DNA of 64,000 bases, taken from the NCBI GenBank assembly GCA_047967505.1, contig CM106538.1, one strand, 5' to 3'. Positions 47,884-61,200 of this stretch are shown here, piece after piece. The stretch comes from Dipteris shenzhenensis. Its lineage: Eukaryota. The translations under genes were made by a program, and so were the position numbers. The notes under the pieces were generated by a model that was not told where the DNA came from, did not search any database, and saw only the letters and a list, made by a program, of their open reading frames with translations. Each line of letters opens with the position of its first letter. The first letter of the stretch is position 1.

Positions 47884-50800
47884 AAGGATCTTATATATGC
47901 ATTTAATGTGAAGCTTGAGTACTAGACTGACATTTTTGCAGTAAGTATCCGCATTTTATGGCATTTCCCATATTTTGAGTGCAACAAAAATAGGTAAATA
48001 GTGAATTTCTTAGAGGGTCCCAAAAGGAGTTCCCTTCTTTCCTAATGCCTTCCTTGGATGTCGAGATAACACCAATAATATTAGTGCCAAGGATATGTCT
48101 CACGAATGATTAAAAAACTGACATAGTAATCAAAATAGCCTTGAGGAGAAACTCGCTCTTTCTCTATCATGGTTGATTAATCTTGTACAAACGAAGATCT
48201 CAAATTTCGATTGTTGTAATTAAAAGGTCTCCAGTACTGTGACATGCATATCCTAAGCTAAGCTCTTGAATTCATGAATCTATTGATCAAAACTTTGTGC
48301 TCAAAGTTAATCACCAAGAACAATTTCAGCATATGAAGTTAAATCTTGAACAAAGACCAAAAGAATACAATTACTGTTGGGGAAAACCTGGGTGGAAAAC
48401 TTCGAATCACTTTTGCCTTGTGGTTCAAGGAGAAGGCTGCGTGCCGTAAAAGCTAAAATAAATTACAAGCAATGCTTTTTAAACTTTATTAAAAAACATA
48501 GCGACCTAAAACCTGCTGCCACTAGCTCAAGAGCTACAGACTTTCACGAATTGAAATCCGCAAGCTGTGTGAGTGCTTCAAAATTGGCTTACGATCAGGT
48601 ATGTCTATCAATTTGCAACCACTTCTTTGTTTGTCTCTTTTGTCCGAGAAAAGTTCTCGTTAGAGGCTCCATAATCCTGTGATTTGGGCCTGCACCGGAC
48701 CCGTTAGCGTTGCCGCCATAATCTGCTGTTACTGCTTTTCTTGTTCCTGCTGATCCTGCTTCGCTATAAACTGCTGTTTCTGCTCTTGCTGTTGGGCTGC
48801 TCTCTTGTTGCATTCAAAGGTGTATTCTGTAAGACAACATTTTCACGATATAAACCGTTGTTAGTAGCCTGCTTAGCAAATCTTCACGTGAGCACACAAA
48901 GTGCCTGTGCAAGGGAGGAGACTCCAGACCTCGAACGAAACTCAGTCACAGACCACCCTAGAATTAAAAAAACCGATAGGCTTCTTTGTCAGACGTCTTC
49001 ACAGCTCTGCCATGAAGTATACAGTCTTCCCGTGTTGCTAGCAAAACCTGCTGCTCGGCAATTTCGTAATCAGCGAGGAGGGAGCTTCGAGTGGACACAC
49101 CAACACTAGTTAGGATTTACATGGGTCGTGCGATGCATCTTGCAGCTCCCGGGTTGGTCCCCACTTCCATAAAAAAACAGATTAGAATTTACCAAGTAAG
49201 TAAAACGACTATTGTACGGGACGAGCAGTAAAACTACGTCAATTTTTCATGTGATTGAAAGCCATATCTTTAAACTTCCCGTAAAACATAGGACAGGGCT
49301 CTGCTTTTACGTAGTCATGAAAACGTCAACGGAGAGAAGTATCGGAGGGTCCCGTCATCCTCATCAAATGTCCGATTTGCCTAGTTTATTATGCTCACGC
49401 GTGGGGCTTCACAGTAAATAAATTGAAAGGAGATGTGGGCGAAGAACTCCAGGGGTTGTCTAGTAGTTCTCCTTACTCTCATCCAATTAGCTCCATCCAC
49501 CAAGGAGAGGTTCCAAACAACCGAGAGGTTGAGAGCAAGGCAGCCAAGGTCGCGATGGTAGTTTTAAGGAAGAAGGAACCCATTACCTTGCTGAAGGAGG
49601 AACCGGATTCACTACCGACGCTAAACTTATTGGATTTCAAGCTAACATTGTCAATGAGCAAACAATAATCCAAGCGTCTACTGAGTAGTGTGACGACAAT
49701 TAAAATTTAAGTCTGTTCTACGAAGGTAGAGGGGTGGCTATTGTAGCTATTGTAGGCAATCACTGACCTGTACAAATCAACAGTACGATCTGACTGTCGA
49801 AACCTTCTGACGGTTCTTCATCTCCAACGTTATGACGACTTATGCTCAAGTATAGACTCCGACGAGGTTTAAAACTCTGTCGCATTCAGACTACCGCACA
49901 GTGCAGGCCAGCCTGAGCCGCTAGAGCCAAACTTAACAGTGGCACTTTGGGAGGGACAAGAGTAGTAAAGATGTTACGCACGGAGTCCAATCAGAAATCC
50001 CTCATCGTACGTAGGAGTCGTTCTTGCTGTAGTTGGAACTTGGATTAAGATATGGAACTTGGTTTAAGATGACCTCCCGCCGCGTTGCTTCTAGTACTCC
50101 AATCTTTAGAAGGCTGCTGCCCAACCAGCATTTCCAGAAATGCAGCCCCGTGAAGGTTTGAAGGCCTTCTTTAATGCAGCTTACTCTTGGAGGTTGGAGG
50201 TGTCACAGAACCTCCCATAGCCAGTGGAGTTTTTGGGCCAATGAGAAGCTTAGGGCATTGCAAGGCTGAAATTTCATGAAATTTCAAGATGCTGAGCTAG
50301 AGCTGCAATGCCAACCTAGCATTCTCACCCAGCCCTAGCCCTCCATGGGGCTGTGAGACTTACTTGCTAGTGGGGCTGAGACAACCACACTATCATGCAC
50401 GGGGAAGTCCTCTAACTTGATACTTCTCGAAGATGTTGGGGTTGCATTTAAAAAGAGCCTGCATTGATTGCATGTTACGGTTGTCTTCAGTCAAATTTCA
50501 CCCAATTAGTGTACTAAATATGAACTTATTATGACCGTATTAGATAATTCGTAATGACTTACCAACAATGGGTGATTCAAACCTAATGTTAGAACTAATT
50601 TCTTATGATGCTGTAATTTTTTCACCAAGGAAGCAATTTTTATTTTCTAATTCCTGAGACATGGTCACAACTGTTGCAAATCCCTTCTAAGTTGATCCCG
50701 CTTTCCTTTGGTAGTTTTTATTCTGAAAAATTTTCATGTACTTTGAAAAGTTAGTTAATTCTTACATACTTTTTACAAGAGGGGACATATCCATGAAGCA

Positions 50801-53800
50801 GTGTGCATGTTTGTAGTTAATTATTTATAAAAAGAATGAACGATCTGTGCAATAAAGGCATAAATGAGCAAACAACCATTTTGACACATCAAATGTGAAC
50901 TTTCTGCACGACTGACCTAAGCAAAGCAAATTACTAATTACAGATTACACATTAGAGGTCAAAAATTACAGATTATAAAAAAGTGGATGAGAGAGGGACA
51001 TGCTCTCTCATATTATAAATAACTGGAGAGAAAGTGTGCCATCTCTCTCCATACATCACGTATGATTTTACACTTTTTTAATTTTACATATAACTTCTTG
51101 TCTGTACACTGCTAATATACTTTGGGACTATTTTTTGTAGGCACTTCATTGACATTCAGAAGAAGTAAGCAATGCAAGGCGACAACGAGCATGAAACAAC
51201 CATGTAAGTTTTTATAAACCCATAACGAAATAATCCACTTCTTGAATTTCAAATATAATGTTAAATTGGCTTATTTAATTTACCTCGATGCATTGCTAAC
51301 ATATAGTAATTTGATGTTAAAAAAAAAACAAAGGCATAAGAGAAGTAGAGAGGAAGATGCTTATGAAAGAGCAAGAGAGGTAAAAAAATGCCCACCTTGA
51401 GCCATCGACATTAGCGTAAATTTACATCAATCGGCTATATAAAGAATGTGTATAAAGATATGGCTACATGGTTTATCAGATGCAATATTGTGCTCACTAT
51501 GGTAGGGTCAATTACCACACAACAAACAAGCAGCTATATAATATTTCAAGGAGAAACATCCCTCTGCCATCATTCCTAGGAAAGATCTTCTTGTCTATGT
51601 ACGTACACAATGCAGGTGGGGATAGACAATGATTTTCTTGCATGGGATGCTATAATAACACTGCACGGGAGAAAGATATAGTCAACTACGAGCCGAATTA
51701 TATAGGGTAGCTGCTTAAGACACATCCGCTTCACATGCGGTTGCTAACCATCATCAACGTATTGGATGAATGTGAAGACAACAGAACGTGCCATCGCAAA
51801 TGGTGTCGTCGATAAACAATCGCTTCTAGCAAGGGGGGTGGGGGGCATGCGCTCAAGGGGAGCAAGCAGTAAGAGGCTGCGGGAGGTGGGAGGGCACAGG
51901 GTACTGGGAGGGGGGAGGTGGAGGGGCGGTGGCACGCATGCTCACAAGGGAGGGGGAATCGCGCATGTGTGCAAGGAGGAGCATGGGGTGATGGAGGGGG
52001 GGTATTGTGCATTCATACAAGAGAGGGGTGCGTTGTGCATGCATGCAAAAGGAGTCAAGGGGGGCAGCCAGGGGGAGAGGTTGTGTCGCACATGCACGCA
52101 CGGGCGGGGGTACATCCTACACACAAGCGTGGAGGGGGGATAATGTTAATTGTGATGTCTAGAGCAGGGATGCAAGAGCAAGATAAATTTGATTCCAAAT
52201 CGATGTTTGGGACGAGTACTAGTCTCGAAAACTTGTGCTCCTATCTCGTAGAGGATGTTGTGTCTGTCGTAACCGTTCAAGAATTGCCTCGATCCGAGCT
52301 CATGCATGGCAGGAGCCTGGGGAGATAGAAGGAAAGCTGTGGGATCGGGGCCAAAACTTCTTTGTTGCTCATGAGGAGGTTAGAAATAAAATGAAATAAT
52401 ATCTAAGGGTGGGTGAGAGAATTCACGGTCCAGATCTTGGAAACGCGGTCTTCAACTAGATTTGAAATACCTAATGCCGATTCCAAATGAGTCATGTTCC
52501 TATGGACAGGTGTGACTCACTCCTACCGTTTAGTTAGAGGGGCCTTGTAGAAATCTTGGATGTTTTTGCGTATTGCCACTGCCTCTATAACTTGAATTCT
52601 TAATAATTTTTTCAACTATCTCAAAATATGCACATTGTACGATGACAACTTGGGCATAGTAGGCTCAGGAGTTGATGAATGCAGACAATAATTAAACGTC
52701 ACTTAGTCTTAAAAATATTGTGCTGATTCATCGCTCGCTCCTCAACAAAATGATGGAAAGCCTGTATGGTAAATATAAAACCCCTTCCATTAAGCTCATG
52801 TGCTATCTTGTACATATTTTTTAGTGGATCCCTCAGGCTAGTCCACTACAAGGTTTTCCTCTAGAACTACCACTAACCATAGGCCAATGAAGTCTCATAA
52901 AAATTTGCATACCATCCAAAGTCTCTCTTTAAATGCCTTGCTAATCAAGTGCCCTGTAAGCTAGAATAGCTGTCTTCATCAAAGTAAGTATCATATCGTT
53001 GAGCAGAGGCTAATTGTCTCAGTTTTATTGAGAGCAGAGGCTAACTGTCCCAGTTTTATTCTCATTTTGTTGGAGCCTTCAATTGAAAAACTTCCTATAA
53101 CAATGACGTGCTTGGACAAACATGGACATCATCAATAATGACACTGTGGTCCTCAACGTTGTAGGTGTCTAGCCTCATCCTAGACCTACTTCCATGGCAA
53201 ATGGAAATCTTTTGGGACCTTGTTGCTTCTGAAAATTCCCTTGACAATATCGTTGTTGAAAATCCTTAATGGGATGTGGAGGTGATACATGGAAAGGCAC
53301 TTTGCATCTCTTCTGGAGATCTGGTATTCCTTGCACTTCTCCATAATGATGAACATTGCATAGATGGTGATGGAAGGGGAGGGTAAAAGAAATGGAAAGA
53401 AAGCAAAGGAATCTATCAGAGACAAAGAAAGCGAGAGGATTTTTATAAACAACAGAGGTAAGAAGGCTGTGGGAACCTGCAATAGCAACCAATGAGGGAA
53501 TCCCGAAGCTAAGTATATTTGATTAGGATCTAAATTTGGGTGTCTTGTCACTTGAATGACTACATGATTAAGTGGGACACCCCTTTCTTGGATATGATCA
53601 AACTCGGGGGGGTCACTTAGTGTAATATGCCTATATCACATGCGTTCAAGGGTTCTTTTCTAAATCCCTATGTAGCCTATTTCTAGTATTTCCTAGTATC
53701 CCCTCTATAAATTTTGGGAAATTTTATAAATCCCCTTCTGTAAGTATATTTATTTTCCTAGAGGAATTTTAAAAGTCCTTATGTGAGTCATACACTACTA

Positions 53801-54830
53801 CTTTTGTATTCCCTTTAGGTAGGATGATATATTTAGAATGCAAGATCTCTACATCACCTGCATTATTTGAATCTACACACAAAAAATTAAGGTACCGACT
53901 GCAATAATGGGCAATGCATAAGTTTAAGATGGGTTTGTGTCTTGATGATGCCATAAGGCAAGAGAAACAAAGAATAAAGACATATGTGCAAAAATTAATA
54001 GGAACAAATATCAAACAAGACAAATCATGTCTGCCATACACCAAGAGCAAAGAATTGTGCAAAGTCACTTGAAACACGTAAAGAGCTCAAGAAACAACCT
54101 TTATAAAAATACTACATGAAAGATTGGGAGCTTTTATAAATGCTTTATATCTTTCAATTTTTTACAAAACCATATGTATGGGTGTTAAGCTAGGAGAAGG
54201 GATGATAGATTAGCCAATTTTACAAAGAATTCAATGACGATATATAATATTTATTTCTTGCCAAATACAAATATCTAGAGCTTTCTTATGAGAAAGATTG
54301 GAAACTTGTTTAAACAATGTATATCTGAGACTTAGTAATTTCTTCCATGTCTTTATTGTTAGAGAAGGAGTAGAGAAGACAAAACTAAAACACCATGCTT
54401 TCGGCCACATTCACGATTAGCGTTGCCACTTTTTCCATGTCTTGATTGTTAGAGAAGCAAAAGATGGAATTATCATTCTTCTTTGTCACATTTATAGAAG
54501 ATCTTTCCACTTTTTTTCTTCCATGAAAACCCTTACTAAGTCATATCAAACCATGGTATTAAAACCATAGAGGCTACATTTATACAACATCTTGTTGTAC
54601 CCGATGCCAAAATAGCATTTTCAAACTTGCTTAATGGCATTCATATAAACAAAAGTACCCAGGCGGTTGCAAATCATCCACTTCTGTGATTCAAGGTCCT
54701 GCAAAAAAATAATTTAAAAAATCCATCAAGACAAATCAAACTAAACTCAGCACATAGTAATAATCATAATAAAGCTTTTATCATATTAGAAAGATTACAA
54801 AGAAGCCCCTACCAAGTGTGTTTAATGCCC

Positions 54831-57233
54831 CTATACAAAGTCATTGAATACATTCCAATCATTCTCATCTAAAGTATACTTATTGCTATTACACTCATAG
54901 GTGAGGTTTGCCAATGCAATTACGCTCTCAATATTTATCATGTCAAGGTTTGTAAGGTCATATGTGAAGCATCTTGAACCTTTTGCCTTTTGATACCACC
55001 CAAGCTAGACTTCTACTCCAAAAGGTCTATCTGAAAGGTTGAACCCTCTTTTATATTCCACATACACCCCACCAACCTTTCTCCTCATTTTTTGAACTCG
55101 TCCAAGGTACCATATAGCTTGTGTTTTCTTTTTTTGCAAAGACTTGGATTGCATTTCCTTTTGCTTTTCCTTGTTTTGTGTTCTTCGTGAAAGAATACAG
55201 CACAATCGGAACCTATTCCAAATACTTTCTCATTTGATGTAGCAAGAGGTATATCTTCCTTAGAGTAGTATACTCCTTGGCGAACCCTTGTGAGTCTATC
55301 TTTAGAGAGTGTGGGATTTCCATTAAGTTAGCTTACCAATGTGGACTTGAAGAGAGTTTTACCATCAATGGTAACAACTGGGCTCACTGCTTCTTGTTCA
55401 TCTAGGAGAGAATCCACCACATGTCTGATTTCACTTATGGAGGCATTGTTGTCATTATCATCTATTTCTGACACATGATCTGCTTGACATTGGTCTTCTT
55501 CTTTAGAATCAAATTCTTGTAAATATGCATCTGCAAATACATTTGACCAAGGTTCCATCCACCACTTCATATTCTCACCCTTTGGCTTCATATGCGAACT
55601 TTCACACCTTTCTTGAGCACTTTTTAGTCCCTTCTTCAATGCTTTGATGATTTTATCATCAGTTGACACACACTCATAGTCCCCTAGATTAGCTTCTCGC
55701 ATGTTCGCTTTGAGATTCAATTCTCTCCAGACATGTTCTTGCTTCTTATGTGCCCTTGTAAATAGAGGACTATCCTCTTTGCATTCAAAGTGTGCAAGCC
55801 TATTCATACTACCTGCACTATGTAGCATATCCATCAAGTCATAAGCGCGTTCTTGTCCCACCATGCTTCCAATCTTGCTGAAGAAGATTTCAACTACATC
55901 TAAACCTATAAGATGTAAAGGACACCTTAGGCCTGGACAAAATTCTCTAAAGTACTTGATCAATAGGACCACAAAATGGCATGAGAGTTGCACATCTAAG
56001 AAAGCTTCCTTAGTTATGAAGTTTCTATTCAACGTATAGTTGGCATGATGAACAATCCAAGACCTCCAAATTTGAAAGAAAAAGGGACTTTGCCTGCAAG
56101 ATAGACTCGATCCACAAGATTCAAACGTGGAGATAAGAAGATGTGGATGTAGTCTCCAGTAATTTCAAGATAAGCTTGTGTTCCTAGAATCCCCCTCTCT
56201 TTTCTATGAATTCCATTGTTTGCCAATTCTTCCAAGCACCATTGCACTTGTCTACTGCATATTCTTTGAGATCTAGCCCAATTTTGGCGGTCATCTCGCC
56301 TAATGTCTCCCTCCCTTAGCATATGCTTGTCGATAGAAAAAGCATCATACACAATAATGACATGATTTAAGGTGATCCAAGCATTGCCAATAGCCAATTG
56401 ACACTTAGGCTTGTCAAGAACATTGACTAACTTTTTTCCATTATGTACAAAATCTTGATCATGCAGCCCAAAAACTTGATTTTCTAAAACTTTTGCTGAG
56501 AGAGGCCATCCATCCCATTTCATCCCAAATCTACTACCTCTTTTATCTAGATAATCGGAGATCATCAATGTTCTTTGCTGACTATCACCATCAGATGCAT
56601 GTCCAATAATTGGACCAACCGTGGTCTTTAGCTTCTCATTCCATAAGTTTAAAATAGCATCCCATTGCTTGCAAACAAAACTTGCATCAAATCGGCCGCA
56701 AGTGCAATGAAGTGCAAGAACCAAGTGTGGGAGTGCATCATGCAATGGATTGGCAAGAAAAACTCTTGCACGTCCACCAATGACACAATTTTGAAATGCA
56801 TCAATAATCTGATCATATCCTTTTTGTCCTTCTCCCACTTTGATCATGCATGTAGTCATGCATTCATGATCATCTACTTTATATCCATCAAAACCCACAA
56901 GCATGTCATCCTTTGGATTCCACCTACAAGCAATAATAAGCACAAGTTTGTAAGATCATATGCAATCCTCTTGCATTCAAAAACAAGATTTAGATTATGA
57001 AAATAATTTAGAGAAAAAGGAGGTTACCTTATCCGCTTCTTTATTGCAGTTTCATCTTCCACTATGATGAAGGGAATCCTTGACATGATTCCATGCTTTT
57101 CTTTTTCTTTTTCATAAATTTCAATGATTGCATCAATAGGTACAAACTGAGTAGCAAGTCTTTGCCCTCGCTTTGTCATTGATAAAGAAGGTCCATTGAG
57201 GTTGGAACTCAAGAATTCATGTAACCTTATCAA
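54831..57233 (-). pseudogene. DDE transposase, P-element/THAP9-like, with a GT-AG intron (56924-57027), a frameshift and stops
   Basis: Motif order IVEDETAIK..R|WNPKDD.LVG, ASDGD, QDFVHNGKKLVN, DRQNW, DVVEIFFSKIG parallels P-family DE(M/T), SD, DxxH and D..E.FF motifs. Confidence 0.65.
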
Positions 57234-59824
57234 CTTATCGAAAATTTGCCAACGGATGGGTTATTGAGCAGAGAAAGAAAAGCTATCATACCTTTATTTC
57301 AATTATAGTTTTGATTTTGGATTGCTAACTAGGCACAAAGCGAACAGAGAGTCTCCTTGGTGACCTGCACAAATCCAAGGGACAATTAATAGAAATCCTC
57401 TCAGTAGAAGGCAAGCTATAAACTCTAGTTGAGTCGTTCCCAAAACTGCCTTTTCGAGATGCAGTGCCTTATGAACAAACTTATTAGAGAGCTTATGTAA
57501 GGTAAAGGGGAAGGAGTAAGGTAAATGAGGAATCCTAAGCTATGGATGAGCAACCCAACTTCGAATTGTGCATATTAGACTTTAAAATCTTACAGTCAAC
57601 CAACGACTGAACAAAATTGAAGCAACGTCCACAGAGTGATGAGGATCCCATGAAACTGATTTGCATACATGTGAAAAGCCATGAATGAAAGTGGGTATCT
57701 CTAAAAGGGTTTCAGAGTATCATGAGGTAGACGGAAGAATCCATTATTGAGAATGAATATGCCCTGTAAGCAGATTTCAAACGAGCTTATGGGCCGCGAT
57801 GTCATCACTTATGTTCGTTACTTTAGGATATCAAGAGCATTTCTATTGGAACTAAGGCCATTAAGGTCTCATGCACACACACGGAAGATCCAAGAGGTTG
57901 CAACTCTTGGTAACCATCGTATCAACACTTATGTAATTGACACATTCCAAAGATTCAATACAATCAATTCTATGTCTATGCACATGACTCAGATTTCTAC
58001 ATGGTATCAAGCTAGGCATGGACCCAAACCAGCCATGGACTTCCGCGACCCACAGGTCTCCTAATTCTCCTCAATGAGGAAGACGATCGAGCAGAGAACA
58101 CAATCTTGTGCTAGCCCAAAATCAAAGGGCAAAGTTAATATGCAACAAACATAGACCTGCAAAACAAAGGCGACCGACAGCCTACAAATGTAGATGCTCC
58201 TACGGGAAAGACCTAGCAAGACCTGGCAAAAAGAAAGGACCAGGCAAATAGTAAAGCAACCAATGACGCTGCAGTAGACATAGATCTCCATCCCTCACCG
58301 AAGGGCAAAGACAAAAAGAAGGGCACAAAGACCCTGACAAAGGCACCCTCCAGCCCAGTCATGGAGAAAAACAGGGTGAGCTGAAGACCTTGATCATCAC
58401 AAATGGTGATGGTAACTTGCTACCAGAAAATGTAGGAATCATCAAAGGCGACCTGCAACCAAAAGATGCAAATGTACAAACGGGCAAGAATCGGAAAGAA
58501 ATGGCTATGAAGGCCTCATCCAAAGTTGTAGAAGCCATGCAAGGCATTCTCTCGCCCAAAAGAGGCACAGAACAGGGAAACTTAAAGACCCCTGACGTCA
58601 ACAAAAGGTCCTTCTCACCGAAAATGGAAGATCAAGATGAGGGTAGACTCCGACCCCAAACAAGAGCACAATTTGGTGAAACAAAGATAGACATCGAAAT
58701 GTGCGACGATCCCAGAATGGTAAAGAAAAAGAATTCTTTCTTTCTTTGCCTTACGATTAGCACTCCCTTCCATCCTAGTGAGCCACAGGGCCAATTGCAA
58801 AATCAATAAGAACCTGAATGCGATCCTAGAGATGGAGACCTTCAACGACCAATGGATGAAGCTACTGGCAACGACTGCACCAGACCAACGTCTCATGCAT
58901 GCAACGATCACAGTGCTGTAACCCAAAGCAACCAAGATTACGATAGGTCCAATAGCAATCCTGGAGAGTTGGGCAGTAATCTACAACCTGCAAGAGATCA
59001 AAAGGAATCTAGGGACGCCTGAATTGAGGCAGGTAAAGCATTGCATGCTCAAGGAATCCAGGGAAGGGGAAGTCTTTGATAGATCCACATCAGCGTTCGA
59101 AGAGGAAGAAGTGGAGAGGGTGTTGATTTAGCAAGAGGGGATTGTGGAGGATGGGGGAGAAGGAGATGGCGAGGAAGATGGAAGAGGATTAGGAGGGGAT
59201 TTCAAAAGCGGCGGCCCATTAAAGGGCCATTAAATTTTGGCAGTAAGATTTAGCAAGATTAAGATAAGATTGCATGAGTTATCACCTTCACAGCTTGTAG
59301 AGAGCTTGTAAAGAGCCATCCTAACACCTATGTTTTATTCTTTCATTTACTTTAAATTGATCATGTTTACCATATTCTAGTTCAAACTATCACTAGTGAT
59401 GCTCATAGTACTTGCTAATCTACAACTCTAGGCACAAGTGCTATATGGATACTATATTTTCCCAAGTGGGAGAATCCTTTTGAATAGGGGTATCTAAAAA
59501 TAAATACCTTACTTCTTTACTCTCATAGGTTTTATCCGATGGATTTAATGATAGAAGTGTTTCTCCACGATCTATCCATTTTCAAATAATAGATCAATTG
59601 TTTGAGAGCCTGAAGGATCTTTACAAAGGCAGTGCTAAATAGACTGAGTAGAACTAAAGAAAATCAAGTACAAGGGGCATCAACTTCAAAAATACTCTCC
59701 ACCATTGATTCAATGCAATCCCTCTGTGCATAGAAAGAAAAAGAAAGAGAGTGATGAGATTAAAAAACTTCAAAAAATAAATTCAAAATTAATGGTGTTC
59801 ATCAAGATTAGAGATCAATGTATG

Positions 59825-60069
59825 CAAGAAAGCATAGCATCCTAATCTCATCCTAATGAAAAGGCCAAAAGAGAGCAATAAAGAGAGAAAATCATAGCAT
59901 CATAATCTCATCTTAATGCAAAGGCCAAAAAGAGCAATAAATAGAGAAAAGGTTTTTAGAATTCTCTAGAATTCAAGAAAGCATAGTATCCTAATCTCAT
60001 CCTAATGCAAAGGCCAAAAAGAGCAATAAAGAGAGAAAAGGTTTTTAGAATTCTCTAGAATTCAAGAAA
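59825..60069. repeat. Local tandem repeat, three related units (CATAGCATCCTAATCTCATCCTAATGCAAAGGCCAAAAAGAGCAATAAAGAGA...)
   Basis: Visible direct repeats at ~59833, ~59893 and ~59982. Confidence 0.85.
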
Positions 60070-60379
60070 ATGCAAGAGGAGCGCTTACTCATTTCAAAAG
60101 GAAAATGCCAGTAATAGCACTTCAAAATGTCCCATGACATAAGCCACTCTATGCAAATATCCATGTCACATGTTGCAAGCTTCTGGACAATTTTTAATAT
60201 AAAATGCCCTTCTGTATATTAACCTTTGGGTATTAAATTACTTCCTTATGTATATATAAATCTGTAAGTAATTGAATTAATAAAAACCCATCTGTTGAAC
60301 TCACGTGATAGGGTTACAGATGATGAGTGACCCCCCCAAGTGATCAAATTTCCCATAATGTTCAGACTACCATGTGTTA

Positions 60380-61200
60380 CACTATTACACACAGGTCTTG
60401 TTCCGACGATTAAGCATCGATGTTTAATACACGCGGTGGGCTAATCGTTGATACATATGTTGGGATTAAAAAGATTAGTATATACCAACCTTTACCAGAC
60501 TTATTAATGGTGGGTATATACTCACTTGTAAGATCGGTAAATACCGACCTTTTACACTTTAGGTCGGTATATATCGACCTTTTATAGAAGTATAAAAGAT
60601 CGGTATTTATCGACTTTGAGACGCTTTCCTATACTAACCTTTTACAGAGAGTGTTTTTTTCCATACTGACCTTTAAAGAGAGTGTTTTCCAATGACAATT
60701 TGTTTTTCTTTTCATACATGTTTGATCCTTTGAATGAATAAAAATACAAGAGCATATACATAAAGTTTGAAGCTCATATATTCATGTCCAAGTTTGAGAT
60801 GAAAAAAATTAATAAAGAGCATTTACATTAACCACAAATACACAATGCATCCATAGACATGCATATAGACGTGTTTTCTTAATTTTTAAAAAAATTACGG
60901 GCATGTCTACTTATGCATCTATTAGTGCATCTATAGATCCGCGTCTACAGGTGTGTCTAAGACGCGCCTATAGATGTGTTATTAGACGCTCTATAGAAAA
61001 AAAAAAAAGAAAGGCGCGCTAATAGATGCTCTACAGATTAAAAAAAAAAAAGCAAAATTCTGTGTGGTTGAATAGAATGCTATGTATGTTGTGTGGTTGC
61101 AAGGATCCAATTTCTACAGTATGCAATTCAATTCTTACAGCCAACTGCATTTGAATTCGCACCATTCCATGCACGTCTATAGCCGACAATTACAATTCTA
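60380..61200. mobile_element. Probable CACTA (En/Spm) element end with subterminal repeats
   Basis: CACTA at 60380, then multiple ATACCGACCTTTT motifs in both orientations (60480-60675) and TAGACGC/GTCTA motifs (60850-61040). Confidence 0.55.

Larger units (their letters stand above)
53590..60355 (-). mobile_element. Putative DNA transposon (P-superfamily-like) bounded by degenerate inverted repeats
   Basis: 53590-53650 and 60296-60355 are imperfect reverse complements (TGATCA.ACT.GGGGGG.TCACT...TATCAC.TG.GTTCAA) and flank the transposase. No TSD found. Confidence 0.55.

Noticed and set aside
58390-59130. Plus-strand ORF remnants inside the putative DNA transposon
   Set aside because: Interrupted by stops and no recognisable domain; cannot be assigned.
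53563-60374. CATG termini and an 8-bp TSD as in the canonical P element
   Set aside because: CATG occurs at both ends, but the adjacent sequence aligns poorly and the flanks do not match, so exact termini are not claimed.
59825-60680. CRISPR-like repeat-spacer array
   Set aside because: Eukaryotic context; the repeats are tandem or mixed-orientation subterminal motifs without unique regular spacers or cas genes.
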